Assembly (NCBI GenBank): GCA_002269645.1
Contig: NIVC01000694.1
Span: 186,001 to 250,000, forward strand
Source: Macrostomum lignano
Taxonomy: Eukaryota
Length of the DNA stretch: 64,000 nt
Reading direction: 5' to 3'
Part shown: piece by piece, positions 1-12,600 of the stretch
Layout of the letters: each line of letters begins with the position of its first letter
Numbering within the stretch: the first letter of the stretch is position 1
Notes under the pieces: model-generated
What the model was told of the DNA's origin: nothing
The model's input: the letters and a program-made list of their open reading frames with translations, nothing else
Databases searched by the model: none
Translations under genes and position numbers: made by a program

Positions 1-782
1 GCCGGCTGGGTCCCAGCGACCGCTTGGCGGGGCCGCCGCCCCCTCCGCCGCCAGTTTTGGCGGCATCGATTTGCAGCTGCCGCCTGGCCGTCACAAAGGC
101 TGACGGGGCCGGCGGACGGCCAGCGGCGGCCGGAGGCTGCGGCGGCTGAGGCTGCGGAGGCGGCGGCTGCTGCCTGGCAAACAGCGGACGGAGGGCGCTG
201 CCGCCGCTGCCACCGCCACTGTCGCTGACGAAGGAGCTTCCGCGGTTTGGCGCATGCTGATGCGGCGGTTTCTGAATTTGCGGCGGTGGCCGCTGCGGCT
301 CCTGTTGCTTCTTCAGCTGCTGCTGCGCCTGGCGCAGTCGCTGCTCGACATCGACGGGATCGCCAAGCCGGACTCCGCCATCCGTGGCTGGCGGCGCAGC
401 CTCTCGGCAGGGCGCCAGCAGGCCGTCCAGCGCGGCGGGGCCAAGCGCAGACTGCCACTCGGCGGCGCGGTTCTGGCAGCCCGCCGCCAGCTTCAAGGCC
501 GCATCGGCGAAGTTGTTGAGGCTGCCGGGCTGCAGGCTGTCCACCTCGGCCGCGTAAGCGTCCAGGGCGGCGCCGGCCAGCGGGCAGTTCAGCGCCAGGT
601 CGCCCGACGGCGAGTCGGCGAGGGCAAAGGCACGGCAGCGGAGGAGGCGGGCGCGAAGCTCCGGGTTGCCCCGGGGGCAGCGGAGCAGCTCAGCGTCCAG
701 GCAGTGCACGGCCTGCACCTGGCGCAGCTGCTGCTGACGGGGCTCGGCAGGCTGGGACTGCAGAGTCGGGAGCGAGGATGTT
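1..782 (-). CDS. Probable coding exon of an unidentified gene, running off the left edge
   Basis: Acceptor tttcaccag at 783-791, then an open frame to position 1 with high GC3 codons (TSSLPTLQSQPAEPRQQQLRQVQAVHCLDAELLRCPRGNPELRARLLRCRAFALADSPSGDLALNCPLAGAALDAYAAEV...). No family recognised; upstream exon not located. Confidence 0.55.
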
Positions 783-1094
783 CTGGTGAAATCTGCTTCG
801 AATGCAGCCATAGCAACTGAGATTTGCCATGGATACCAGTTCTTTTTAATTAAAAACTCGAGTTACATGTGAAATGCTATTTGTGTTCAGCTGCACTTAA
901 AGCAGACTGTCAGAAAAATGTTTAAAAAGTTCTCCAGCTTAAATGATTATTACTATACGGGCCTACTGAGGACCCGGTTGAATATGAGCAGTTTGGTGAC
1001 GCAACCATGCAACCTGGTATGCGCTGCAGCTGCTCGGTATGGTGTTGTATTGTAAACATTTATATTTAACACGTGTCCCACGTATTGATGCAGT

Positions 1095-2030
1095 AATCTG
1101 ACCTAGTGATGCAATAACCCACCCTAATGATACAATAATCTACCCTAGTGATGCAATAATCCACCCTAATGATACAATAATCTGCCCTAGTGATGCAAAA
1201 ATCTACCCTAATGATACAATAATCTGCCCTAGTGATGCAAAAATCCACCCTAATGATACAATAATCTACCCTAGTGATGCAAAAATCCACCCTAGTGATG
1301 CAACAATCCACCCTAGTGATGCAATAACCCACCCTAATGATACAATAATCTACCCTAGTGATGCAATAATCCACCCTTATGATACAATAATCTACCCTAG
1401 TGATGCAATAACCCACCCTTATGATGCAATAATCTACCCTAGTGATGCAATAACCCACCCTAGTGATGCAATAATCTACCCTAGTGATGCAATAATCTAC
1501 CCTAGTGATGCAATAATCTACCCTAGTGATGCAAAAATCCACCCTAGTGATGCAATAACCCACCCTAATGATACAATAATCTACCCTAGTGATGCAATAA
1601 TCCACCCTTATGATACAATAACCTACCCTAGTGATGCAATAACCCACCCTTATGATACAATAATCTACCCTAGTGATGCAATAACCCACCCTTATGATAC
1701 AATATTCTACCCTAGTGATGCAATAACCCACCCTAATGATACAATAATCTACCCTAGTGATGCAATAACCCACCCTTATGATACAATAATCTACCCTAGT
1801 GATGCAATAACCCACCCTTATGATACAATAATCTACCCTAGTGATGCAATAATCTACCCTAGTGATGCAAAAATCCACCCTAATGATACAATAATCTACC
1901 CTAGTGATGCAATAACCCACCCTAATGATACAATAATCTACCCTGATGATGCAATAATCCACCCTAGTGATGCAACAATTTGCCCTAGTGATGCAGCAAT
2001 CCACCCTAGTGATGCAATACTCTACCTTAA
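1095..2030. repeat. 21-bp minisatellite (accctagtgatgcaataatct)
   Basis: About 44 tandem variant copies; explains the 7-aa periodic ORF 1066..2043. Confidence 0.95.
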
Positions 2031-2574
2031 GTGAGGCAGTCATCTAAGCTATCTAAGCTATAATCTAATAAACCGCAGCAGGTGCGCACAGGAAATGAAG
2101 GCAGAAGCCAGGAAAAGCCAGCCAGCAGCGGCCCAGGTTAATTAAAAGTTTAGTAAAGCCAGGCGCCAGGAGATGAGGCGGTGAGGGCGAACAGGAGTGT
2201 AATTCTGTACACAAACAGTTAATGAACAGTCAATAAACAGCGGGGCATTGGTTCGATCGGAGGGAAAGCCATCGGCAGAAGAAGCTCATATGAATAGTAG
2301 GGTCATTGCTCATAGAAAAAAGCAACAGGTAAAACCAGAGGCGGTGGAAGGGTAACAATGGGTTGGCTGGCGACAGTCAGAATTGCACCTTGATAATGCG
2401 GCAAATTAGCGGGGTCTGAGAGCGAAGCAAAATTGATACGGTAGGGCGGCGGTGTGGTGCGCTATATGCATGTGCTCGGGCTATGTACACGGCTGGGAGA
2501 CGGCAGCTTCAGTGTGCAGTGGGGCGGCCCGGTCTGTGGGCGGGTCATCAGGGGCGGTCAGTGGGTAGGTGAAC

Positions 2575-3065
2575 TTGGCGTTCTGGGGGTTCTCATGGCG
2601 TTCTGAGGGTTCTCATGGCATTCTCAGGTTCTCATGGCGTTCCCAGGGTTCTTATACTTTTTAGGGTTTTCATGGTGCCCTGGGCTTCTCATGAGGTTCT
2701 GAGGTTCTCATGACGTTCTGAGGGTTTTCATGGCTTTCTGGGGGTTCTCATGAAGTTCTGAGGTTCTCGTGACGTTCTGAGGGTTCTCATGGCTTTCTGG
2801 GGGTTCTCATGAGGTTCTGAGGTTCTCGTGACGTTCTGAGGGTTCTCGTGGCTTTCTGAGGGTTCTCATGAGGTTCTGAGGTTCTCGTGACATTCTGAGG
2901 GTTCTCATGGCTTTCTGGGGGTTCTCATGAGGTTCTGAGGTTCTCGTGACATTCTGAGGGTTCTCATGGCTTTCTGAGGTTCACATGACATTCTGGGGTT
3001 CTAATGGCTTTCTGAGGGTTCCCATGGGGCTCTGAGGTTCTCATGGGGTTGAGGTTTTCGTGACG
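2575..3065. repeat. ~20-21-bp minisatellite (ggttctcatgaggttctgag-like)
   Basis: Tandem ggttctc(a/g)tg units with a roughly three-unit higher-order period. Confidence 0.9.
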
Positions 3066-3652
3066 TTTTGAGAACAATTATAGATTTCTGGATCAGGAGA
3101 TCAGGAGAGCGCAGTGAATATTTTGTTTGGGTGCCCAGCTCACCTGAGGCCGGAGGGTGGGGCAAATCAGTTACTTTGGCTGGCCAAACAACTATTGCGC
3201 AATAGGCTAAAAAGTTGAGATAACAAGAAGCAAAAATGTTACACAGAGGACAGAGACCAGCACAGAGATCAGCGCAAAAGGCAGAGTGCGCAAACAGCAA
3301 GCGGAGAACAAAAACAGCATAAAAAGAGAATTTGAGTATAAATGGTATCTGCTGGAGCGCAAGGTGAAACAAACTGGCAGCCATGAAGCGGTGCGCAGGT
3401 AAAACGGGGTATTTGCTATAATATAATAAAAAACCTAGCCTGCCGGAGAAAACTGGGGGCGACAGAGGTTGGATGGCGGTGAACAAAAACCGTATGCCTT
3501 AATGGGAGCCGATTGCAAAGAATTACAGTTATAAAATTGCGCAAGTATTACTAATAACTGAATAGTCAGTAGGCTGCAATGAGAAAAGCTCGCCTAGATC
3601 ATCTATATGCAAACAGAGGAGATCAAGCAGCAGAGAGAACTCCGAGCCCCGG

Positions 3653-6600
3653 TCACAGCTGGGTGCTCTCCTCGATCACGTGCAGGCTGCTCTCGCTGCG
3701 GTTGTTGTTCAGGTTGCCCGCAGCCGCCCGCTTCGCCGCCACGCCAGACGGTGCGGCAGCGGCGGCCCCGGCCTCCGCGGAGTCCTCCTCGAAGTCGATG
3801 AGCGACTTCTCCTTCTTGCTCTGCTGGATGGCCCGCTTGATCTGCGCCACCCAGAAGTCGCGCGTCTGCCTGCGGCTGCCGGGGCTCACGCGGTATTTGT
3901 AGCTGCAGAACTTGCCCTCCGAGGAGTTCAGCCGGAAGCTGCCGACCCGGTCTGCGGCCGGCGGGGGGGCGGGGGTTGGCGGACTTGAGAATCCCCTCGG
4001 AAATATCCCCTTCAAAAGTTTTCGCGCCGGCAGTTTCCAGTAAATAAAGCGGACACTATTCTTAGAAATGGCAGCATAATAACTGACGAACGGCAAGGGC
4101 TGTAAGCGGGCGCTGATAAGCAGAATTTCAACTGCTAGCAGGCGGGCGCATCCGGCATCTCCTGATGCTAAATTTGCAATTTGAAATTCAGATTTAGCCT
4201 AAAGGCGACACACAAGCAAACAATGCATCCATTGGATACCTGGCACGGCTGCAACCGGAGCGGACCAGAGCCGGAAGAACTGAAGGTCAAAGAATCCTAA
4301 CCGAAGGTCAAAGATTTCCGCTCTTCAAGTTGCATAACAAGTCAAATGGGGCTTATCTCTCTCGCTGCTGTGAGCAGCCAGTTCCGAGCACAGCGGGGGC
4401 GCACAGGTGACTCAGGCCGGAGCACCTGCTGATAAAAGCTCCCCCCCCCGGGTACATCGGCTGAGAATCGCCCCGCCGCCTTAAATGGAAGCCGCTGCTG
4501 TAGAATTTTCTGACGCCCTCAAGTGGCCGGAGCGGCTTTGGATTGCCTCACTGCGGTGCCCTTGCTGCTGGAGTGGACTGCTCAACAAGCTCCGCTTTGT
4601 TACACCCGCCAACGCCAACTGTACAGCCTCCACCCTGTACAACCCTAACACTGTACAGCCCCCACACAGTACAGTCCCACACAGTACAGCCCCCACCCTG
4701 CACAGCCCCCACACAGTAGTCCCACACTGTACAGTCCCACACAGTACAGCCCCCACACTGTACAGTTTCACACTGTACAGCCCCCACACTGTACAGCCCC
4801 CACACTGTACAGTCCCATACAGTACAGCCCCCACACTGTACAGTTTCACACTGTACAGCCCTTACACTGTACAGTCCCACACTATACAGCCCCCACACTG
4901 TACAGTCCCACACAGTACAGCCCCCACCCTGCACAGCCCCCACCCTGCACAGCCCCCACACAGTAGTCCCACACTGTAAGTCCCACACTGTACAGCCCCC
5001 ACACTGTACAGTCCCACACTGTACAGTCCCATACTGTACAGCCCCACACAGTACAGTCCCCACACTGTAGTCCCACACAGTACAGTCCCCACACTGTAGT
5101 CCCACACTGTACAGCCCCCACACTGTACAGTCCCATACTGTACAGCCCCCACACAGTACAGTCTCCACACTGTAGTCCCACACAGTACAGTCCCCACACT
5201 GTAGTCCCACACTGTACAGTCCCACACTGTACAGTCCCACACTGTACAGCCCCCACACTGTACAGTCCCATACTGTACAGCACCCACACAGTACAGTCTC
5301 CACACTGTAGTCCCACACAGTACAGTCCCCACACAGTACAGTCCCCACACAGTACAGTCCCCACACTGTACAGTCCTGAAGTGTAGGAACAGCATTTCCA
5401 GTCCTGAGGTATCTCATTTCCCCAGCCTAAAATTTATCCAGACACCCCTAAGCGTCTCCCACCTTAGACATCCCATACCCCCAGACATCTCATATCCCGC
5501 AGCAGTCCGCCAGCTCACCAGAGAGGTCAAAGTTGATCTGGAAGGTGTGCTCTGGGTCGCTGCACTGGCTGGTGTTCTCAAAAACAACTACGGAAGCGTC
5601 GCTGAGGTCCTGCTGCTTCTTGCACTGCCGCTTGAAGTCTTCGCGCCTGTCGCTGGCGAAGGGCTTGGCGGCGGCGTACAGCCGGATCAGCGGGTGGCTG
5701 CCGCTCTCGGTGACCACCAGCTCCGCCCAGAAACGGACGTAGCTGGACCGGGTCTGCTTCCGGCCGCTCTTGTACACCACCTTGCGCTGGAGCGCGCCCT
5801 GGCAGATCACTGGCGCCATTCTGAGCGCCTCTTCAATTTGCCGATTTGGCGCGACGGAGGCGGCGCCGCGGACAGCCAGGCCGGACATCAGCGGAGTCGC
5901 CGACGCGTTGGGCGACTGACTGCAGGAGCTCAGCTGGCCCAGCGACCGGTCGCAAGCGGCCGACGCGGCCGGGGTGACCGCGCATGCGCAGCCGGCTGGG
6001 GAGCGGAGCGGGGGCGGCGGATTTGCAGGCGGGGATTCGGGATCTGACAGGGGTTGAAAAACAAGTCGGGAATCTGGGGGGGGGGGGGAAGGGGGGAAGG
6101 CGACAGCTGTCTGCGGCCTGGGAGATGCATCTTCTGCTTTTGCTTCCGCCTCCCCCGAGGCGAACAGGATGAGGAATCCCCTTGTCGGAGGCAAAATGGG
6201 AGGCCAGGATATGGAAGGCTGCGGTTGAAGCTGCTGAAAGAAAAAGACCAAATGGGGAAAGCAAAGGCTTACCCTGAGGAATGATGTCGGACAGAGTCTG
6301 GGAAAGGGATAGACAGGCGGGCGGGAATGCAATCAAGTGGGGAGCTGATCGGACACTCACTGGCAAATGCAGGCGAGTCGTCAATGAGATTCCTGTGGTG
6401 GATTTCCGAGTTCGGCCCGATGGTGAGGTGCCGCTGCACGCCGGCCTGCTGCACTGGGGTAGCCGAGCAGCAGCCGACAACAGAGCTGCGGGATGGCGGA
6501 GTTCGGGGATGGAGACGGTGAAGAGTGCAGTTGGTGCTGCTTTCTGCCTTACTGGCTATTGGGTAATGATTCACGCATTCACTGAGTCGATATTGAATAC

Positions 6601-9600
6601 CATATTAAAGCACCGACTCAAACTACTCAGCACTGACTCAAACTACTCAGCACTGACTCAAACTACCCAGCACGGACTCAAATTACTTAGCACTGACTCA
6701 AACTGCTCAGCACAGACTCAAACTGCTCAGCACAGACTCAAACTGTTCACCACAGACTCAAGCTGCTCAGCACAGACTCAAGCTGCTCAGCACTGACTCA
6801 AACTGCTCAGCACAGACTCAAGCTGCTCAGCACTGACTCAAACTGCTCAGCACAAACTCAAACTGCTCAGCACAGACTCAAACTACTCAGCACAGACTCA
6901 AACTGTTCAGCACTTATTGAAATTGCTCACCACAGACTCATCAAACTGCTCAGCACTGACTCAAACTGCTCAGCACAGACTCAAGCTGCTCAGCACTGAC
7001 TCAAACTGCTCAGCACAGACTCAAGCTGCTCAGCACTGACTCAAACTGCTCAGCACAAACTCAAACTGCTCAGCACAGACTCAAACTACTCAGCACAGAC
7101 TCAAACTGTTCAGCACTTATTCAAATTGCTCACCACAGACTCATCAAACTGCTCAGCACTGACTCTCAGTTCATCCAGTACTGAGAAATTAAAAAGCTAC
7201 AGAGAAAATGCTACAAAAAAGTGACAGTTGTGCACACTGCGCGGGAAAAACACAGGAATACTGGTACACATACTACTACTGCACATAGCGGCAGTCAGTA
7301 GTGCATATCTGCAGATCCCAAACCGGGATCTGGGCTTATGCTAAAAGTGCAACATATTGATTATTATTGCAATCGAGAGCGCAGCGAATAGTGGAAGCAG
7401 GTAAAACAGAAACAGGAGTCCAGCAGCCAAGTTATTGAATAAAACTGCCGGGCAGCAAGTTACCGAGAATGATGGCGCTTTCTAAAAATGGAGGAGCGCA
7501 GTACAGCATGAATGACAGCTTTGCACTCTGCCGTCTGGTCCAGACTCCCTCAGCGGCCACCCAAAGCACCCGCGGGGATCCGGAAAGCCACGCTGGGATT
7601 GGGGATGGACTCCGCAGATTTGATTTCTGTGCGGGTGAGGCCAGGTAGACACGGGCAGAGGTGCACCGCGAACTGATGGCAACGAGCCACTGCACACGGT
7701 GGCAAAGTGCACCGCGAACTGATGGCAACGAGCCACTGCACACGGTGGCACAGTGCACCGCTGATAATGCGGAGGGGAATGGAAACTGCCTGGAATTTCC
7801 CCAAGCAAAATCCCAGCAAATGTCGCTGGGCAGAAGGCTAAGACAAGGCAACACTTGAAGAACAAAAATGCACGGCTACTGCAGTTCCTTATGAAGACCC
7901 TGGGAGCAGGCCGGGCCCCAGCGCTCCGCATTCCAGTGGCCTGGACAGCCAGCCCACTTGGACCGCACAGTCCCTGGCTAAGGACGCAGATCGATTAACC
8001 CCCCCCCCCCCCAGTACCGATTCCTGTCTCCGTTTCTACCAGCTCAATTCATTTGCCGCTGCGGCCTGTCTGGGCCCGCAGCTCAACCAGTTTAGTAAAT
8101 ATAGCAAGGAAATAGTGCAAACTGTCGGGGGGGGGGTTCTTGAGACGGTGAGAAGAGAAGAGACAGACAGGCGCTGGGAGCACAGAGCAGGGAGGAGGCG
8201 GGGCGGGGGCGGGGCGGGGGCGGGGCGGGTGTCCGCTTGGCCAGCCGGCCCCGCCCCCCGCAGGGAGGCCAAGCGAGTTTGGGTCGGCCAGGGCGGGGCC
8301 CAGGAAGGCGGCAGAGTCCCGGTTCCTGTCACAGTCCCGATCTCAGCCCCAGCCATAGTCCCTGTCATAGTCCCGGTCACAGTCCTGATCTCAGCCCCAG
8401 CCATAGTCCCTGTCATAGTCCCGGTCACAGTCCCGATCTCAGCCCCAGCCATAGTCCCTGTCATAGTCCCGGTCACAGTCCCGATCTCAGCCCCAGCCAT
8501 AGTCCCTGTCATAGTCCCGGTCACAGTCCCGATCTCAGCCCCAGCCCTAGTCCCGGTCACAGTCCCGATCTCAGCCCCAGCCATAGTCCCGGTCACAGTC
8601 CCGATCTCAGCCCCAGCCATAGTCCCGGTCACAGTCCCGATCTCAGCCCCAGCCATAGTCCCGGTCACAGTCCCGATCTCAGCCCCAGCCATAGTCCCGG
8701 TCACAGTCCCGATCTCAGCCCCAGCCATAGTCCCGGTCACAGTCCCGATCTCAGCCCCAGCCATAGTCCCGGTCACAGTCCCGATCTCAGCCCCAGCCAT
8801 AGTCCCGGTCACAGTCCCGATCTCAGCCCCAGCCATAGTCCCGGTCACAGTTCCGATCTCAGTCCCAGATCCCATTCCCAGTCCCGGCCGCATCAGCAGC
8901 AGCAGTAGAAGAGAAAGGATTATTAATGGAATTAATGGAATCGGGCAGACAGACGGAAAGAATGAAGAAGAGAATTCTCAGGCGGGGACACCCAGCAGTG
9001 CAAAGCAAACAGACGATTGTTCCCGCTGAATATACAATTTGTGTGATTCTCGCCTTCGCCCCCCACTTTGCGCCTTGTTTGAACGGCAAAAGTAAAGCAA
9101 ACAGAAAGCAGCAACCGCGGCGGCTCTCCAGTCGGAAGAGGTCGCGGGAGAGACAGAATCTGCAACATAAAAAAACAGTTCAAGCAAGCGCTGAGAGCTT
9201 CTTGAAGGAGCAGCGGCAAAGATTAGCTGCCCCCGGGGCAGCAGGGATCGCCGCAGCGGACAGGCGAGAGAGGGGGGGTGAAGAGAAATCGCGGCCGCCA
9301 GGCCTGCAGCTTCCCACGGCCTCCGCGCCCCCTGGCTCGGTGCCAAAAACAGTAATAAAGCCAACAGAGCTGCAAGGCGACTCCAACAAGAATAATAAAT
9401 AATTAGCATTGTTAATATCAGACCGGCCCAATAAAGATACTTAAGTTGCAGAGCGGCACAAATTCACGCGACACCCACACAGAAATGCAAGCGCCTTGGC
9501 CAGGCCATATTGGGACTGGCAGGCGGGGGGGGGGGCGGTCTCTCAAATTCCAAACTGCTGCGCCAGACACTCCTTGCCTGTCTGCCCCCTGGGGGGCAAA

Positions 9601-12600
9601 GCCGTCTGCTGTGACGAACAGGGTGGGGAGAGAGCGGCAGCAGCAGATACGGCTTGTGGGAGGCTTTATCGCCCCTCTGTCTGGCAATCTCTCACCCCAG
9701 CCGCAGTTTCTGCCCCGCTCCCCACCGGCCAGCAGCTGCTGCCGCCGCCCTTTTTTGCACAGGCTGGCGTGCAGGGGGAGGCGGGGGAAATTCAGGAGGG
9801 GGGGCAGGGACGGCCGGAAAGACACGGGGAGAGGCAGTGGGCGGCGACCACGCAGGGGCCGCGTGGGCCCCAGGGGGGGGGGAGGCCTCCGGAGCGGCCT
9901 TGCCAAGTGACGCAATGCCCCCGACCGCTTTATCTCTGGTGCGCAAGTGACAGTGGGAACTTTTGCCGCCGCTGGCAGGCAGGCGAAACAAACCGGGTTA
10001 GAAATTAAACTGTGCGCGCTAAACTGAAAATCAAAGCCGTGAAAAGCAGTTTATAAGAAACAAAAATACAAAGGCTAAGCCACAAGTTGAGATAAAGTTT
10101 GAATAAATAAACAGACAGACAGAAGCTACGAGATGGCACAACAGAAATGAGCAGCCGCACAACAAGTGAGACAGTTAATCATGTGCTCAGGAGCGCTCTC
10201 TTACTCTGGCTCATCGGCTGGCCGAACAACCTGCTGTCCGCCGCTACAGGGAGTGAAGGAGGGCGCGAATGTTTGCCGAGTTCGCTTACCAGGGGAATCG
10301 GTTAGAAATATGAAGGACGCGATGCACTTTTCAGCTCTATGGAACACCGCATGAGTCAAAACTGCACCCCTCCAGAACATATTGCAAATAAAATAATGCG
10401 AGAATAATGACAGGCCAGCAGGGGCAATAAATCAGTGCCCTCCCTGGCTGAGGCTGGCAGGCAGCGCGGAGACGACAGGCCCGGAAGGCAATAAATAATG
10501 CTGATGATGCAGGGGAGAGGCTGCAGACAGACGGGCAGAAAAATGAGCAGCAGGGCAGCTGGTTCCGGTTGAGAGAACTCTGACCAGCAGGGGGTAAGCA
10601 TGAGGCTCCCAGCTGACACTCACGCATCGCTGAAGCTCTTGGACTTCCTGTGGCCAGCCGAGGTCCTGGAGTCGGAGCCCTGACTGTCCAGACGGCCCCG
10701 GTGGCCCGGCTCGGAGCCTTCGGGCAGCCGCAGCGAGTCGTGCTGGTGGATGCCGGCGCCAGAAGCGGCCACCAGACCGCCGCCGCCACTGCCGCCGCTG
10801 TCGTGCGGCTCGAGGTCGCGGGAGGTTTTGTAATTAGCGGCCTCAACAAAGCTCTGCATCTCCTCTATGTAGGTCTGGCCCTCCAGGTAGCGGCGCACGT
10901 GCTCCTTGCTCTGGAAGCCTGCGGGTGCGGGGGTGGTCAGCCATTGGCAAGCCTGACCTTGCAGTGTCCCCCTGCCTGCTGGCTACGCATAAAAGTTGAA
11001 GCATAAAAAATTGTTGAAAATTTTGGCAGCTGACAGAATTTTTCGCGTGACAAGCCATGGCACTGGGGGAGGGCTGGGAGGGTCTATGGAGGACTGCAAC
11101 ACCATCATTTGATAATTACAGACAGCATTTCCTGGCAGTTTTGCAGGCCGGTCACGTGCTCTGCATCGGGTGACAGTTTGTCAGCAGTGCTAAACAGCAG
11201 CAAGCAGCATATTAATAAATGTGCTGCAGTGACGCAGCGGCTTGAAGATGTTCAGGCCAAGCAGAACTCCCTCAGTCAGCTGCGGCAGGAGACTTGAGTC
11301 ACAAAATTCTCATCAAATTAGCTTCAAAGTTGGCATTGGCAAAGGGGGCCGCAATTTCCGGGACTCAGACAGAGCTCGGCTGTTCAATGCGGGAATAAAG
11401 GAGAGGCAACTCACTGTACTGCGACTGCTGATAGTCCGACAGCACGCGGCAAATGTTGTTCATCTTGTCTTTGCGGGCCTGCGACTCCAGGCCGCCAGTG
11501 CTGGGGTGGCAGGTGTCAATGTACACCAGGTCGTTCATGTACAGGCCTGCGGGGCAAAGTCGTTAGGAATTTTGATGCAATAAAATAGAAGCACAACTGA
11601 GCTCCCAGTCTGTGGCTGGAATGATGAGCTTACTGAACTGATTGGTGGGCCTACTGCACTGGTTGCTGGGCTTACTGCACTGGTTGGTGGGCTTACTGCA
11701 CTGGTTGCTGGGCTTACTGCACTGGTTGGTGGGCTTACTGCACTGGTTGAAGTGCTTACTGCACTGGTTGGTGGGCTTACTGCACTGGTTGAAGTGCTTA
11801 CTGCACTGGTTGCTGGGCTTACTGCACTGGTTGGTGGGCTTACTGCACTGGTTGCTGGGCTTACTGCACTGGTTGAAGTGCTTACTGCACTGGTTGGTGG
11901 GCTTACTGCACTGGTTGGTGGGCTTACTGCACTGGTTGCTGGGCTTACTGCACTGGTTGGTGGGCTTACTGCACTGGCAACTCAAGGATGCCGTCAATCA
12001 ATATTTCTGGACATTTATGCATAATCAAATAACGCTGCGGTTATTAAAAGGCTTAAGAGGCAGAGAATATTGAATCTCGGGTCCGGTTAGCAACCAGATG
12101 AGCGCACCGGAGCGCACAGGAGGCGCAGATGCTCAGATGTGGGCGCGGATTCATAAGCACAATATTGATTCACAGAAAGCATATAGCGGTAACATTGCAG
12201 CAGCAGCACTGATGGCAGAGAGCCAACAGTCAGTTACAGTCAGTAGCGGCCCATCTGTTGCACAAAAGCATCCGATGCCAATCTGCTGTTTACACGCACA
12301 GCAGAGCGCGGAATTGCGCAGCAGCAGCAGCAGAATGCAATGCGCAATGCAAAAGGCCTGCCGAGATGCCCCCCCCCCCCAAAAGCACTGCCAGCTGCCG
12401 AATTCCCACAACTGTGCCAGAGGTCAAAAGTCCAAGCAATAAAAGCTGCATTACATCAGCTGGTCAGTGACGTGTCCGCTGGGCGCAGAACTCCAACAAT
12501 TTACACAAGGCGGAACGGTGCAGCAGCACTGGGCCATTCCTGACCCAGCCTCGTCTTTTGTGGCATTAAACTGCCCAAGCTAATAAATTTTAGATAAAAG

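Noticed and set aside
1066-2043. 325-aa Cys-rich ORF
   Set aside because: Direct translation of the 21-bp minisatellite; no splice or start context.
8036-9029. Mucin- or antifreeze-like repeat ORFs ([12 protein letters not shown] / [12 protein letters not shown])
   Set aside because: Intronic 36-bp array open in several frames; RalGPS can be assembled in phase without it.
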